In this document: piece by piece, positions 49,401 to 56,113 of the stretch
Layout: each line of letters begins with the position of its first letter
How positions within the stretch are numbered: position 1 is the first letter of the stretch
Assembly: GCA_964512835.1 (NCBI GenBank)
Contig: CAZELA010000002.1
Coordinates: 105,037 to 169,036, forward strand
Direction: 5' to 3'
DNA length: 64,000 bases
Source: an uncultured Candidatus Saccharibacteria bacterium
GTDB lineage: Bacteria > Patescibacteriota > Minisyncoccia > Phycocordibacterales > UBA2100
The notes under the pieces: generated by a model
The model's input: only the letters and a program-made list of their open reading frames with translations
What the model was told of the DNA's origin: nothing
Database searches by the model: none
Made by a program: the position numbers and the translations under genes

Positions 49401-51614
49401 TCCGGTGCAGCACAGAACGGCTACCTTTCATCCACCGACTGGAATTCGTTTAACAGCCGACTCTCGACCAGCACACTCGCGCTGTTTGATAAGGGCTATT
49501 TCTTCTCGACGTCATCGACCGATTACTACATGCAGTCATCAACAACGGTGCCGACGACCTACAAGAACAATACGTTCATCGGTGTGAACGCATTCGCGAA
49601 CATCACGGCGACCGGTGCTACCACCACGTCGCTCTTTACCGGGGTCGCATCCTCGACGAACCTCTTCTCGACATCTGCGCGCTTCGGTTCACTCGCGGGC
49701 TTCTCACTCACGGGATCCGTTGCCGCTGCTGCAAACAGCATTACGGGCATCAACATCGCATCCACGACCGACCTGTGGATCTCGAATATTCGTAACGGAC
49801 TGCTTGCGACTAACGGGCAGGGGACGGTCGTCGCATCATCAACCCCCACTGCGTCGAGCTTTAACGCGACAAGCAATACGGCTTCTCAGCTACCATACGC
49901 ATCAACGACCGCGATCTCGGCATTGCAACAGCTTTCTATCGGTGCAGCGAACGGCACGATATTGCAGGGCGGTTCAACAGGAACGTCGACCATCGCCGGT
50001 GTCATCAATGTTACGGGCACGAACTCGACGTCGACCTTCTCGGGAGGGGTGAGCGCAACACGATTCAGCTTCTCGGCTACGTCCACCGGCTCACAGGGTA
50101 TCAACCTCACCGGCGGCTGTTTTGCCATCAACGGCACGTGCGTGAGCGGCGCCGTGAATTCGGTGAGTGCAACAAATACAACGCTGACCGTAAATCCGAA
50201 TGCGGGCAACGTGGGCATCTCGCTCAATCTTTCCAATCCGAATCTCTGGACCGGCTTGCAGCAGTTCGGAAATGCGACGACGAGCCTGCTCGAGGCAACG
50301 CAGTTCTATGCACGCACGATCGCCGCAACGTCGTCGAACGTGCTTTCGTTGCAGGGTAATTCGGGACTGACATTCGGTTCTACGACCGCGCAGATGCTCG
50401 CGATCACACCGTCGACGAACCGGGTCACACTCGGCACCGGCGGATCGAACCCGTCGCTCCTCGTGCTCGACACGAAGAACACGGCAGGAGACCCAACGGG
50501 TATCGACGGATCGATGTATTTCAACTCGAATATAGGCGTATTTCGCTGCTACAACGGTGGATGGGTAACCTGCGGCGGGGAAGCGGCAAGCTCGACCGGC
50601 GACGTACAGTTCCGAAACGTGGACGGCTCGTTCACCGCGACATCGAACTTTAACTGGTCGCAGGTCGGCAACGGCCTCACACTTACGGGCTCATCCACAA
50701 CGCAGACGCTCGATATCTTCAAGATCGCCTCGAGCTCCGGTCGAGTTATGTTCGGGGTCAGTGGTATGGGTATTGTCGCTCTCTCTACAACGACAGACCC
50801 CACGACTCCGCCAGCCGGCGAACTTAATATATACGCAAAAGAAATCGCTGGACGAGTCATGCCGAAATGGGTCGGTCCTGCCGGTGTAGACACGCCGTTT
50901 CAGGCAGGCCTCGGCTTTAACCGGACTGCGCTCATGATGCCCGCCGGCGGTGCGACTGCGACAACTTTTATCGGTGGCTACGGATCGACATTTACAAACG
51001 TTGTAACGACCGCGGCAAATCCGACCCCTGCAACGACGAACCTTTTGACATCCACGAGACGTGCCACGTTCAGTACGAACGCAACCGCAAACACGATTAC
51101 ATCTCATCGCCAAAGTACGTTGCAGGTTACTCGCGGTAACGCTTCAAATATTGGAGGATTCTTCTACACCATCCGTTTTGGAACGTCGGCAACCGCCGCC
51201 GGTAATCGCGTGTTCGTGGGCCTCTCAGATTCTGTAGCTGCCCCGACGAACATTGATCCACTCGTGACGGGTACAATCGGGCGCGTAGGCATGGCTGCTA
51301 ATCTCAATACCGGCAACTGGAGCTTTGTTCAAAATGCAGCGGGTACCGGCGTTACTGCATTTAATCTCGGCGCGAATTTCCCGATTGATAACACAAGCTT
51401 GTACGAGCTCATTTTGTACGCGAAACCGAATGACACGGTGATAAATTATCGAGTCACGAATTTGTCCACGGGAGCGCAGATTTCAAGTACGACGAACCCA
51501 ACCAACCTGCCCAGCAATACCACGTATCTCGCGCCTCAATTCTGGATGGTCAATGTTGCCGCATCAATCGTGACATTTGACTTCGGTGGGTGGTATTTGG
51601 AAAGTGACCAGTAA
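40491..51614 (+). CDS. Giant (about 3700 aa) secreted fibrous protein built from phage-tail-fibre-type repeats
   Basis: The start is placed at ATG 40491 or 40521 (MNRSIPRLIAVLACVIMCTIAFADTAHAA is a signal peptide); the track begins at 40407. There are dozens of units of about 20 aa of the form TTDALAEG[ST]NNKY[YF]TDNRV..VIAG. These match the phage tail fibre repeat consensus (T.D.L.EG..NLY.T..R.), as recalled from memory. They are interleaved with units such as GYFFSTTS..F......FSTTS. The C-terminal 900 aa are non-repetitive. Confidence 0.85.
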   Translation: MNTHTRSWVSMNRSIPRLIAVLACVIMCTIAFADTAHAATGVPRIMNYQGRLMNSGGSLLGGSSGTDYCVKFSLYDNASVGSGTKLWPSSAPSTMTVNVKSGVFNAGVGDTNAGGDTLNFDFESNDAVYLNVEVASKVGATCAAGDGAESFENLSPRQRVTASGYAINSATLGGQTGAYYRANSYSTTSAAYDLSTYDKGYFFSTTSVNYWNSTVGAWATTSSDAWFATKTTDNLPQGITNLYYSNSAVNAFLAGSTTVAKSFSNNSFSGVNNFTGDVTLTNATTSNFNILNTVSGGGLVSCSASSDKLIWNATTRQFGCGADAGAGGGLTALGAEFSSYQTGSSQTLATSSDTNIGITITSSGDTHTFTPTWSGTLGAGRGGTGIGSVSQNGILIGAAGNTWSQVSTSSLGLPTFATLSSYLGLSAWYATTTDALTEGVTNKYYTDTRVASVIAGTTTDALAEGATNKYYTDNRVQTYLNGVDKGFYFSTTSASQFASVGLAFSTTSAAYFNSVNPGASFSTTSASYFSSLGLAYSTTSTAFNLSTYDKGYFFSTTSVAFWDSTQFRWATTSSDAWLATKSTTDLAEGSNLYYTPTRVAGVIAGTTTDALAEGTNNKYFTDNRVASVIAGTTTDALAEGSVNKYYSNGLVQTYLNGVDKGYFFSTTSALYFNAQNPGASFSTTSADFWKTQNNFHSTTSFAFNLSTYDKGYFFSTTSVNYWEGTQNRWATTSSDAWLATKSTSDLAEGSNLYYTPTRVAGVIAGTTTDALAEGTNNKYFTDNRVATVIAGTTTDSLAEGATNKYYQDSRVASYINGSSTIPSVGGGAYGDILSWNGSRWSVAATSSIGLPTFANLANYFTLASWYATTTDALDEGVNNMYFTPARFAASLAATTTDALAEGTNNLYFSTNRVATVLAATTTDAIAEGSANKYYNDSRVQTFLNTISKGYFFSTTSASNFASAGLAFSTTSTDYWKSQQNFHSTSSFAFNLGTYDKGYFFSTTSVNYWEGTQNRWATTSSDAWLATKSTSDVAEGINLYFTPTRVAEIIAGTTTDALAEGSVNKYYSNGLVQTYLNGVDKGYFFSTTSAAYYASQNPQSFSTSSANYYMQASTTVPKTYSNNTFTGTNDFQNVTAASATSTTSFTGTASSSNLYSNIANIGSLIAGAFTGNVITATNATTTTLYAGTASSTNSFTNTATIGTANVGSATVNSLTLNNALTAGNGGTGLSTVTQNALLIGGPANTWTQIATSSLGLVAFSDLGAYMGLAQWYATTTDALAEGSNNKYFTVNRVAAVLAATTTDAIAEGNTNLYFTPNRVAGVIAGTTTDALAEGTTNKYYSNGLVQTYLNGIDKGFYFSTTSSDAWLNTKTFASFSTTSADYWKTQNNFHSTTSFAFNLSTYDKGYFFSTTSVNYWEGTQNRWATTSSDAWLATKSTSDLAEGSNLYYTPTRVAGVIAGTTTDALAEGATNKYYQDSRVASYINSSSTIPSIGGSSYGDILSWNGSRWSVAATSSIGLPTFANLANYFTLASWYATTTDALDEGVNNMYFTPVRVATVLAATTTDAIAEGTNNLYFTANRVASVLAATTSDAIAEGSTNQYYTDNRVQSFLNTVSKGYFFSTTSASNFAAAGLAFSTTSSNYWLSTQTIPSFSTTSADFWKTQNNFHSTTSFAFNLSTYDKGYFFSTTSVNYWEGTQNRWATTSSDAWLATKSTSDLAEGSNLYYTPTRVAGVIAGTTTDALAEGSNNKYYTDNRVQTYLNGVDKGFYFSTTSASVFSARGLSFSTTSTDYWRSVNNFFSTTSASHFSSLGLAFSTTSAAYFLGLNQGAAFSTTSANHFVDASTTIPKTYTNNTFSGTNSFSNITFVQGTSTSLFANVLSAVSSLFGSFSATSTTATSTISGPVAFGTSTTNYKYSFMGQTTGATGATGTAIVAISNDNNTLSSGNNVLRLNLRTPYATACTSATTCPRFEEYFTGVNSGSDTGGRSVGSLRLSTAGTGITQTSGAADFAEYMQLSESAAVGDIVSLNSSGEYRKATAGESLIGVVSDNAAFVGNANLEGETNAYIVGFAGVIRTTVSTANGTINAGDLIAASDVPGVGIKLSKSGYALGQALESYSGGGQGTIAVLVLPKFVDAAVALESYGGGASGASGYWDLSTSTNTVSLASSTYSVSIGTSASTSNLVVSNGFTFGKASGVLKSVAGVVTSTLVNLAGDVTGVLGISNGGTGTSTAPQNGQVLVGNATGGYDLVAASTLVSQNQGNTFSTTSTDYWKTQNNFFSTTSASVFSANGLSFSTTSTDYWRSVNNFFSTTSASHFSSLGLAFSTTSAQYFLGQNLGGAFSTTSTDYWKTQNNFHSTTSTAYDLSTYDKGYFFSTTSASAFLALNQGAAYSTTSAAFNLSTYDKGYFFSTTSVNYWEGTQNRWATTSSDAWLATKSTSDLAEGSNLYYTPTRVAGVIAGTTTDALAQGATNKYFSNGLVDQYLASSSSVPKTFTNNTFTGTNAFGAITAGGATTTALSTNSASTSNLVISTLQNSMLYTGAGGVVSAATISGPLSFSAGTLSIQQASASQNGYLSSSDFNSFNNRLSTSSLNTIDRGQFFSTTSASAFSASGLSFSTTSTDYWRSVNNFFSTTSASHFSSLGLAFSTTSASTFLGLNQGAAFSTTSASNFAAAGLAFSTTSAQYFQSQNDTSYSTTSENYYQQSSTTVVTAYKNNTFTGTNSFQNITATGATTTVISTTIASTTNLVVSGQSNALLGTGANGVVQATTFSGPLSYNGGILTLTQSGAAQNGYLSSTDWNSFNSRLSTSTLALIDKGFFFSTTSASVFAASGLAFSTTSTDYWKSQNNFFSTTSASFFSTLGLAFSTTSAAYFTSQNQGASFSTTSQNYYMQSSTTVPTTYKNNTYTGTNSFQNVTATGATTTVISTGIASTTNLVVGISNGLLGSAVNGAVQATTFSGPLSYNGGILTLTQSGAAQNGYLSSTDWNSFNSRLSTSTLALFDKGYFFSTSSTDYYMQSSTTVPTTYKNNTFIGVNAFANITATGATTTSLFTGVASSTNLFSTSARFGSLAGFSLTGSVAAAANSITGINIASTTDLWISNIRNGLLATNGQGTVVASSTPTASSFNATSNTASQLPYASTTAISALQQLSIGAANGTILQGGSTGTSTIAGVINVTGTNSTSTFSGGVSATRFSFSATSTGSQGINLTGGCFAINGTCVSGAVNSVSATNTTLTVNPNAGNVGISLNLSNPNLWTGLQQFGNATTSLLEATQFYARTIAATSSNVLSLQGNSGLTFGSTTAQMLAITPSTNRVTLGTGGSNPSLLVLDTKNTAGDPTGIDGSMYFNSNIGVFRCYNGGWVTCGGEAASSTGDVQFRNVDGSFTATSNFNWSQVGNGLTLTGSSTTQTLDIFKIASSSGRVMFGVSGMGIVALSTTTDPTTPPAGELNIYAKEIAGRVMPKWVGPAGVDTPFQAGLGFNRTALMMPAGGATATTFIGGYGSTFTNVVTTAANPTPATTNLLTSTRRATFSTNATANTITSHRQSTLQVTRGNASNIGGFFYTIRFGTSATAAGNRVFVGLSDSVAAPTNIDPLVTGTIGRVGMAANLNTGNWSFVQNAAGTGVTAFNLGANFPIDNTSLYELILYAKPNDTVINYRVTNLSTGAQISSTTNPTNLPSNTTYLAPQFWMVNVAASIVTFDFGGWYLESDQ
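42270..47890. repeat. Dispersed near-identical intragenic repeats (88 to about 440 nt) within the 11-kb gene
   Basis: For example, gactcgtgttgccggtgtgattgcaggcaccacgaccgatgcgctggcagagggaacgaacaataagtacttcaccgataatcgtgt is identical at 42279 and 42759. Blocks of about 200 nt beginning ctacgacaagggttatttcttctcgacgacatcggtgaactactgggagggaacacagaaccgctgggc recur at about 44690, 45530 and 47695. The YGDILSWNGSRWSVAATSSIGLPTFANLANYFTLASWYATTTDALDEGVNNMYFTP block recurs at about 42960 and 45000. Confidence 0.7.
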
Positions 51615-51635
51615 TTATTAAGTACCGAAAATAGT

Positions 51636-52514
51636 ATGTATAGATCCGACAACAAATCTGCAGTGTGCCTACTCTCACTCGCGATCACGCTCATGATCAC
51701 GGTGCCGTTTATCGCGTTTGCAGAGGCCGAAGCACAGGCGGCCGATGCAGCTGCTCAGATCGCAGAGACAACATCTGTTATGCCTGAGGCGTCGGCAGAC
51801 ACCGCCGCGACTGATTCTGTCGTCAATACGCCCGCGCCCACAAGTGAACAGTCGACTGAGGCGGTGCAAGAAACTGCCACGAGTACGCAGAGTACAGCGG
51901 GAGTCGACGAACTTGCCGGTACGGTCGACCCGACGGAAGGGGGGACCGAAAGCACGCCGATACCGGTCGAAGAAGCTACATCGACCGATGCGGTCACGCC
52001 CGAAACTATTCCGCTTCCGGAACCGACGCCTAATCTTGCACCCGACCAAATACCGGTAGAGGCGCATTCTGACCTCACCGTTGTTGCGACGGGTATCAAG
52101 GACGAAGCACGCGAACTCAGTAATGCAGAGCTCAACGCGCTCATCGAGCCTGATTTCGTGACGCAATTGTCGGGCAAAACGATTCCGACCAAGGTGAAGG
52201 TTGGTGAGTCGGAAGCAGTAACAGCGACGGCTGACCCCGTTTCCGGAGATCTTCATCTCTCGGGTACATGCGATGATATCTACTATGTCGTGCTGTTGTA
52301 CAAGAACCAGACCGACTACGAAACCGACCCGGGCTCGTACATTGTGAATAGGGCATACCCTTGCACGAACGGCGCGTACACCTATACGCTCGACGATATC
52401 CCTCCGAGAGTGCAGAACGGCACCTACTATCTGTTGATCGGTGCTCAGGGTGAGCACGGTTCATGGCGACCGGTCACCCCGCTTCAGGAAGTATCTATTA
52501 ATAGAAGCCATTAA
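51636..52514 (+). CDS. Secreted acidic Thr/Glu/Pro-rich protein with a C-terminal globular domain (hypothetical)
   Basis: Signal peptide (AVCLLSLAITLMITVPFIAFAEA), then a low-complexity acidic linker. The C-terminal domain of about 130 aa contains Cys pairs (CDDIYYVVLLY...CTNGAY). Confidence 0.55.
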   Translation: MYRSDNKSAVCLLSLAITLMITVPFIAFAEAEAQAADAAAQIAETTSVMPEASADTAATDSVVNTPAPTSEQSTEAVQETATSTQSTAGVDELAGTVDPTEGGTESTPIPVEEATSTDAVTPETIPLPEPTPNLAPDQIPVEAHSDLTVVATGIKDEARELSNAELNALIEPDFVTQLSGKTIPTKVKVGESEAVTATADPVSGDLHLSGTCDDIYYVVLLYKNQTDYETDPGSYIVNRAYPCTNGAYTYTLDDIPPRVQNGTYYLLIGAQGEHGSWRPVTPLQEVSINRSH

Positions 52515-52524
52515 GCCTGTATCC

Positions 52525-52923
52525 ATGATTCAAACCATCGTTCGTTCGATCACGCAGGGCCTCATATTCGCCATATTCGCCGCGAGCGTGCTTTTTGTGT
52601 ATGCGAATCACATCGCGCCCTCGCAAGTTAGCGCGTTTCCTGCTGTGCCTTCCGAGAAATGGCAGGCGGTATTTCTCTCCGGCGGCCAGGTCTATTTTGG
52701 CAAGCTAACGGACGCGGGTATCGGATACGTCACACTTTCAGACGTGTACTACCTTAAATCCGCAAGTGAGCTGGAACAGTCCAATCTCAACCTCGTAAAA
52801 CTCGGTGGTGAACTGCATGGTCCGGAGGACACCATCTATATCCGCAAAGAAAGCATCTCGTTCTGGGAGAACATGAAAGATTCCTCGCGCGTCGTGCAGT
52901 CAATCGAAAGCGCGAAGCGCTAA
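52525..52923 (+). CDS. Small N-terminally anchored exported protein (hypothetical)
   Basis: The start is trimmed to ATG 52525 (MIQTIVRSITQGLIFAIFAASVLFVYA). The track ORF start at 52441 overlaps the previous gene. About 100 aa of soluble domain. Confidence 0.45.
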   Translation: MIQTIVRSITQGLIFAIFAASVLFVYANHIAPSQVSAFPAVPSEKWQAVFLSGGQVYFGKLTDAGIGYVTLSDVYYLKSASELEQSNLNLVKLGGELHGPEDTIYIRKESISFWENMKDSSRVVQSIESAKR

Positions 52924-52928
52924 GGCCT

Positions 52929-53399
52929 ATGACCATCGATCTCCGTAAACATGCAGCCCGTCCGGAATACGAACACGCCCGTATGCCGAACGCGCCGCGC
53001 GCGGAGACGCATACCGATGTTCCGCGTGCGCGTATGCAGCCGAAACGGTCACGCGAAAAGCTTGTGATGCTCGTTGCGGCGGGCGCAATCGCACTTATTG
53101 TGTTGATACTCGTTATATTCGGTATCACAAAGGCGTGGGGAGCGCTTTTTGGCGGAACCGAATACGAAATGAAGTCTCTGGTTGCCGACGTCGGCGAGCA
53201 CATGCTCCTGCCGGAGAACGAAACCCCGACACTCGCGACCGTGAGCGATCTGCACGCGCTCGAAGGGCAGATGTTCTTCCGCAATGCGGCAGTGGGCGAC
53301 AAGGTCCTTATGTACCTCGTATCGCAACAGGCGATTCTGTATCGGCCTTCGATCGACAAGATTATTGAGGTCGGGCCGATAACCGGCAGTGCACAATAA
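52929..53399 (+). CDS. Small N-terminally anchored exported protein (hypothetical)
   Basis: Basic N-terminus, one TM (LVMLVAAGAIALIVLILVIFGI), then about 100 aa of soluble domain. Its stop is 1 nt before the next gene's start. Confidence 0.45.
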   Translation: MTIDLRKHAARPEYEHARMPNAPRAETHTDVPRARMQPKRSREKLVMLVAAGAIALIVLILVIFGITKAWGALFGGTEYEMKSLVADVGEHMLLPENETPTLATVSDLHALEGQMFFRNAAVGDKVLMYLVSQQAILYRPSIDKIIEVGPITGSAQ

Positions 53400-53400
53400 T

Positions 53401-54735
53401 ATGTATGCCTCGCGTACACAGCGAAAAGCAATCGGCGCGTTCGTCGCGGCGGTGCTGTGTGCACTGACAACGTCGTACGTGTTTGCAGACCAGCTATCGA
53501 GCTCGAATTTTCAATTCAATGACTCGGGTTTTACGCAGCTCGGCGGCTACTCCACAACAACGAATTTTAAACAGTTCGGCACACTACAGCCTATTGCCGA
53601 CGGCGAGTCGCAGAGTACGCACTTTCTCCTCGCCGGGGGGTATCTGTACCCGGCTGATACTACGCCTCTCGTTACCCAGAACTGGCGTTGGTACGACGAT
53701 TCAGTGAACGATGAACCGACGATCCCATATGCGTCGGAAAACGTCGCCCCGTCCGCCGTGGGCTACGACGATCCGTTGAAACTTCGCATCACCGTAAAGG
53801 ACGACAGCGGTGCCGGCGTCACACATGTAAAACTGCGACTGCAATTCGCGACATCGTCCGATTTTTCCGAAGGAGTTTCGTTTGTGGGCGAGCAGGGCAC
53901 CTGCGGCACGACGACATGGTGCTATGCAAACGGGGGCGGCACCGACAATCAGCCTGTCCAGTCTAATTTGTTGTCGGATTCGCAGAGCTGTTCCGGCGGC
54001 GTCGGAGACGGGTGCGGTACGTATAACGAGTCGGGAACGTCAACATCACTCTTCTTCCATTGGCCGAGCACCCGTCGTGAGTACGACTTTACGATCAAGC
54101 AATCAAACGCGCCGCAAAGTACGGTGTACTTTTTCCGTCTCGTCGACGCAGAAACGGGTTCTCCGCTTGGATTAAACTCGGGCGCAACATACCCGAGCCT
54201 TACCGTCGCAGGCGGCACGCTGACCTTTTCAATCGGCGGACTCGCGTCAGGGACGTCTACGGAAGGTGTGGTGACCGATGTTACAACGTCTCCCACTACG
54301 GTCGGATTCGGAACGCTGACGCTCGGAGCGCCGACAATCGCTGCGCATCGCCTTACGGTGAACACAAATGCAGGCTCCGGGTATAAGATCTACACGTATC
54401 AACGGCAGGGGTTGCTGAGTGCAACCTCCAAAGAAATTGCGCCGTTTATAGCAACCAACGACGCACCGCTCGGATGGAGTACCGGCTGTACGTCCACGTC
54501 GACGGGATGTTACGGATACCATACCGGCAAGGATGTGCTCGAGGGAGGTTCCACGCGATTTGCCGCCGACGATTCATTCGCAAAGTTCACTTCAATCCCG
54601 ACCGAGGTTGCATTCGGTTCAGGACCGGCGACCGACGAGACGACGGACATCGTTTACAAGATTGAGGTGAACGATCTGCAGGACGCAGGGTCATATCAGG
54701 GAGCGATTCTCTATATTGTTACCCCCGTCTTTTAA
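53401..54735 (+). CDS. Secreted beta-rich protein with a WxL-like C-terminal motif (...YQGAILYIVTPVF), paralogous to 57679..58833
   Basis: ATG 53401 (MYASRTQRKAIGAFVAAVLCALTTSYVFA is a signal peptide). It has Thr/Gly-rich beta segments of the form T.TF.I.G.A.GT. An upstream Trp motif (LGWSTG) lies about 95 aa before the C-terminal L.Y.V.TPVF motif. Confidence 0.7.
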   Translation: MYASRTQRKAIGAFVAAVLCALTTSYVFADQLSSSNFQFNDSGFTQLGGYSTTTNFKQFGTLQPIADGESQSTHFLLAGGYLYPADTTPLVTQNWRWYDDSVNDEPTIPYASENVAPSAVGYDDPLKLRITVKDDSGAGVTHVKLRLQFATSSDFSEGVSFVGEQGTCGTTTWCYANGGGTDNQPVQSNLLSDSQSCSGGVGDGCGTYNESGTSTSLFFHWPSTRREYDFTIKQSNAPQSTVYFFRLVDAETGSPLGLNSGATYPSLTVAGGTLTFSIGGLASGTSTEGVVTDVTTSPTTVGFGTLTLGAPTIAAHRLTVNTNAGSGYKIYTYQRQGLLSATSKEIAPFIATNDAPLGWSTGCTSTSTGCYGYHTGKDVLEGGSTRFAADDSFAKFTSIPTEVAFGSGPATDETTDIVYKIEVNDLQDAGSYQGAILYIVTPVF

Positions 54736-54767
54736 GTTGTGCATAAAAAGCAGCTCTAATCCTTGTT

Positions 54768-56111
54768 ATGCTAAGCGGAACGAACTCTATGACGCAGCGA
54801 TTGAGGATCGGATTTTTTCTGCTGGCATCGCTCGCATTCGCTGTCATCACGCCGGTTTCGGCTCACGCGCAGGTTGCAGCAACTATGACCGTGAGTCCGG
54901 TCGTGATCGACGAAAAAGCAAAGGCGCGCGATATCCTGAAAGAAACGATCACGCTCACCAATACATCGCAGCGAAAGATCATGCTCTATCCGTCGGTTAA
55001 CAACGTGAAGCCGAAAGACGGGCAGGAAGCATTTGTTTCCGCGCAGGATGCAACCGATCGGCAGGATTCACTCGCAAATTGGATCGAAATATCGCGCGGC
55101 GTCATCGAGTTGAGTCCCGGAGAGACGCGCGAAGTGCCGTTTGTGATACGTGTGAGCCTCAATGCCCTCCCGGATACGTACCACGCCGACATTTCGTTCT
55201 ACGAGGGGAGTGCACGCGAGGGGGCCGAAACACAGAACCCGCTCTCGGTAGTGACCGTAAATACAGAGGTCCAGGCCGATATCAAGGAGTCGATGCAATT
55301 GAATAAATTCATGACCGACGGATTCTTTTTTTCCGGAGACGATGTGCTGTTCAACTACCAGGTTGAAAACATCGGCAATCAGGAGTTAAAACCGAAGGGC
55401 GAGATCAGGATCTACGACCGCAAGGGTCGGGAGGTCGCATCGATCCCCGTGAACGCCGAGGGAAAAAGCCTTACACCCGAACAAAAGGCGCAGCTGGCCT
55501 CGGCGTGGAGCAGTGCGCAGGGGTTCGGAAAGTTCAAGGCGTTTTTGAATATCGATTACGGCAACAACCAGAACGGTACGCTGCAGGACACGGTCTTTTT
55601 CTGGATCATTCCGTGGCAGCAGTTGCTTGCGCTTCTGACCGTAAGCATTATCGCGATCATCATCTCGGCGCTGTATTTCCACCGGTGGCTCGAGCACAAA
55701 CACATGCAACGCTTTGCTTCGATGCACGGCGGTGCCGCAGCGCTCTCTGCACCGCCCGGAATGATCACTCCGGTTAACGCTGCGCCTATTGCGGCGATCA
55801 TGCCTGCACCTGTTACGGAAGAAAAGGCGGATAAGCCTACAAAGAGCGGATTCTTTTCGCGCTTCCGTTTCTTCAAGAAGAAGGCGTCTCAAGAAGCGGC
55901 GGCACCCGTTTCGGTAGCGGCATCGCCGGTTGTGCCCGAACAGCCGACACCGGCACGCGTTCCAGCGCCGGAGCCCGTCCGAGCGCCGATACCCGCGGCT
56001 CGTACGAGTGCACAGCGCACACAGGCGACCATCGATCTCACAGCCACCCAGATGACCGCGCCGACTCCGCGCACAGAAGGTCACGTCATCAACCTAAAGA
56101 ACGGTTCCTGA
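54768..56111 (+). CDS. Signal peptide + beta-rich ectodomain + C-terminal TM + Pro/Ala-rich cytoplasmic tail (DUF916/CscA-like architecture)
   Basis: Signal peptide (IGFFLLASLAFAVITPVSAHA). Motifs are WIEISRGVIELSPGETREVPFVIRV, DTYHADISFYEG and the sequence FFWIIP just before the TM (LLALLTVSIIAIIISALYF). A disordered tail of about 130 aa follows (APVSVAASPVVPEQPTPARVPAPEP...). Confidence 0.7.
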   Translation: MLSGTNSMTQRLRIGFFLLASLAFAVITPVSAHAQVAATMTVSPVVIDEKAKARDILKETITLTNTSQRKIMLYPSVNNVKPKDGQEAFVSAQDATDRQDSLANWIEISRGVIELSPGETREVPFVIRVSLNALPDTYHADISFYEGSAREGAETQNPLSVVTVNTEVQADIKESMQLNKFMTDGFFFSGDDVLFNYQVENIGNQELKPKGEIRIYDRKGREVASIPVNAEGKSLTPEQKAQLASAWSSAQGFGKFKAFLNIDYGNNQNGTLQDTVFFWIIPWQQLLALLTVSIIAIIISALYFHRWLEHKHMQRFASMHGGAAALSAPPGMITPVNAAPIAAIMPAPVTEEKADKPTKSGFFSRFRFFKKKASQEAAAPVSVAASPVVPEQPTPARVPAPEPVRAPIPAARTSAQRTQATIDLTATQMTAPTPRTEGHVINLKNGS

Positions 56112-56113
56112 GT

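Noticed and set aside
40500-51600. Antisense and alternate-frame ORFs inside the 11-kb fibre gene (e.g. 41393..42028+, 45508..46035-, 48706..49329+)
   Set aside because: Same reasoning. The repeat structure of the main frame creates correspondingly repetitive junk ORFs in other frames.
40491-51614. Prophage, suggested by tail-fibre repeats (and tail-collar-like HxH...LPPY motifs in the other giant gene)
   Set aside because: No other phage functions lie within 20 kb on either side: no capsid, portal, terminase, tail tube, baseplate, lysis or integrase genes. The gene has a Sec signal peptide and sits among cellular surface genes.
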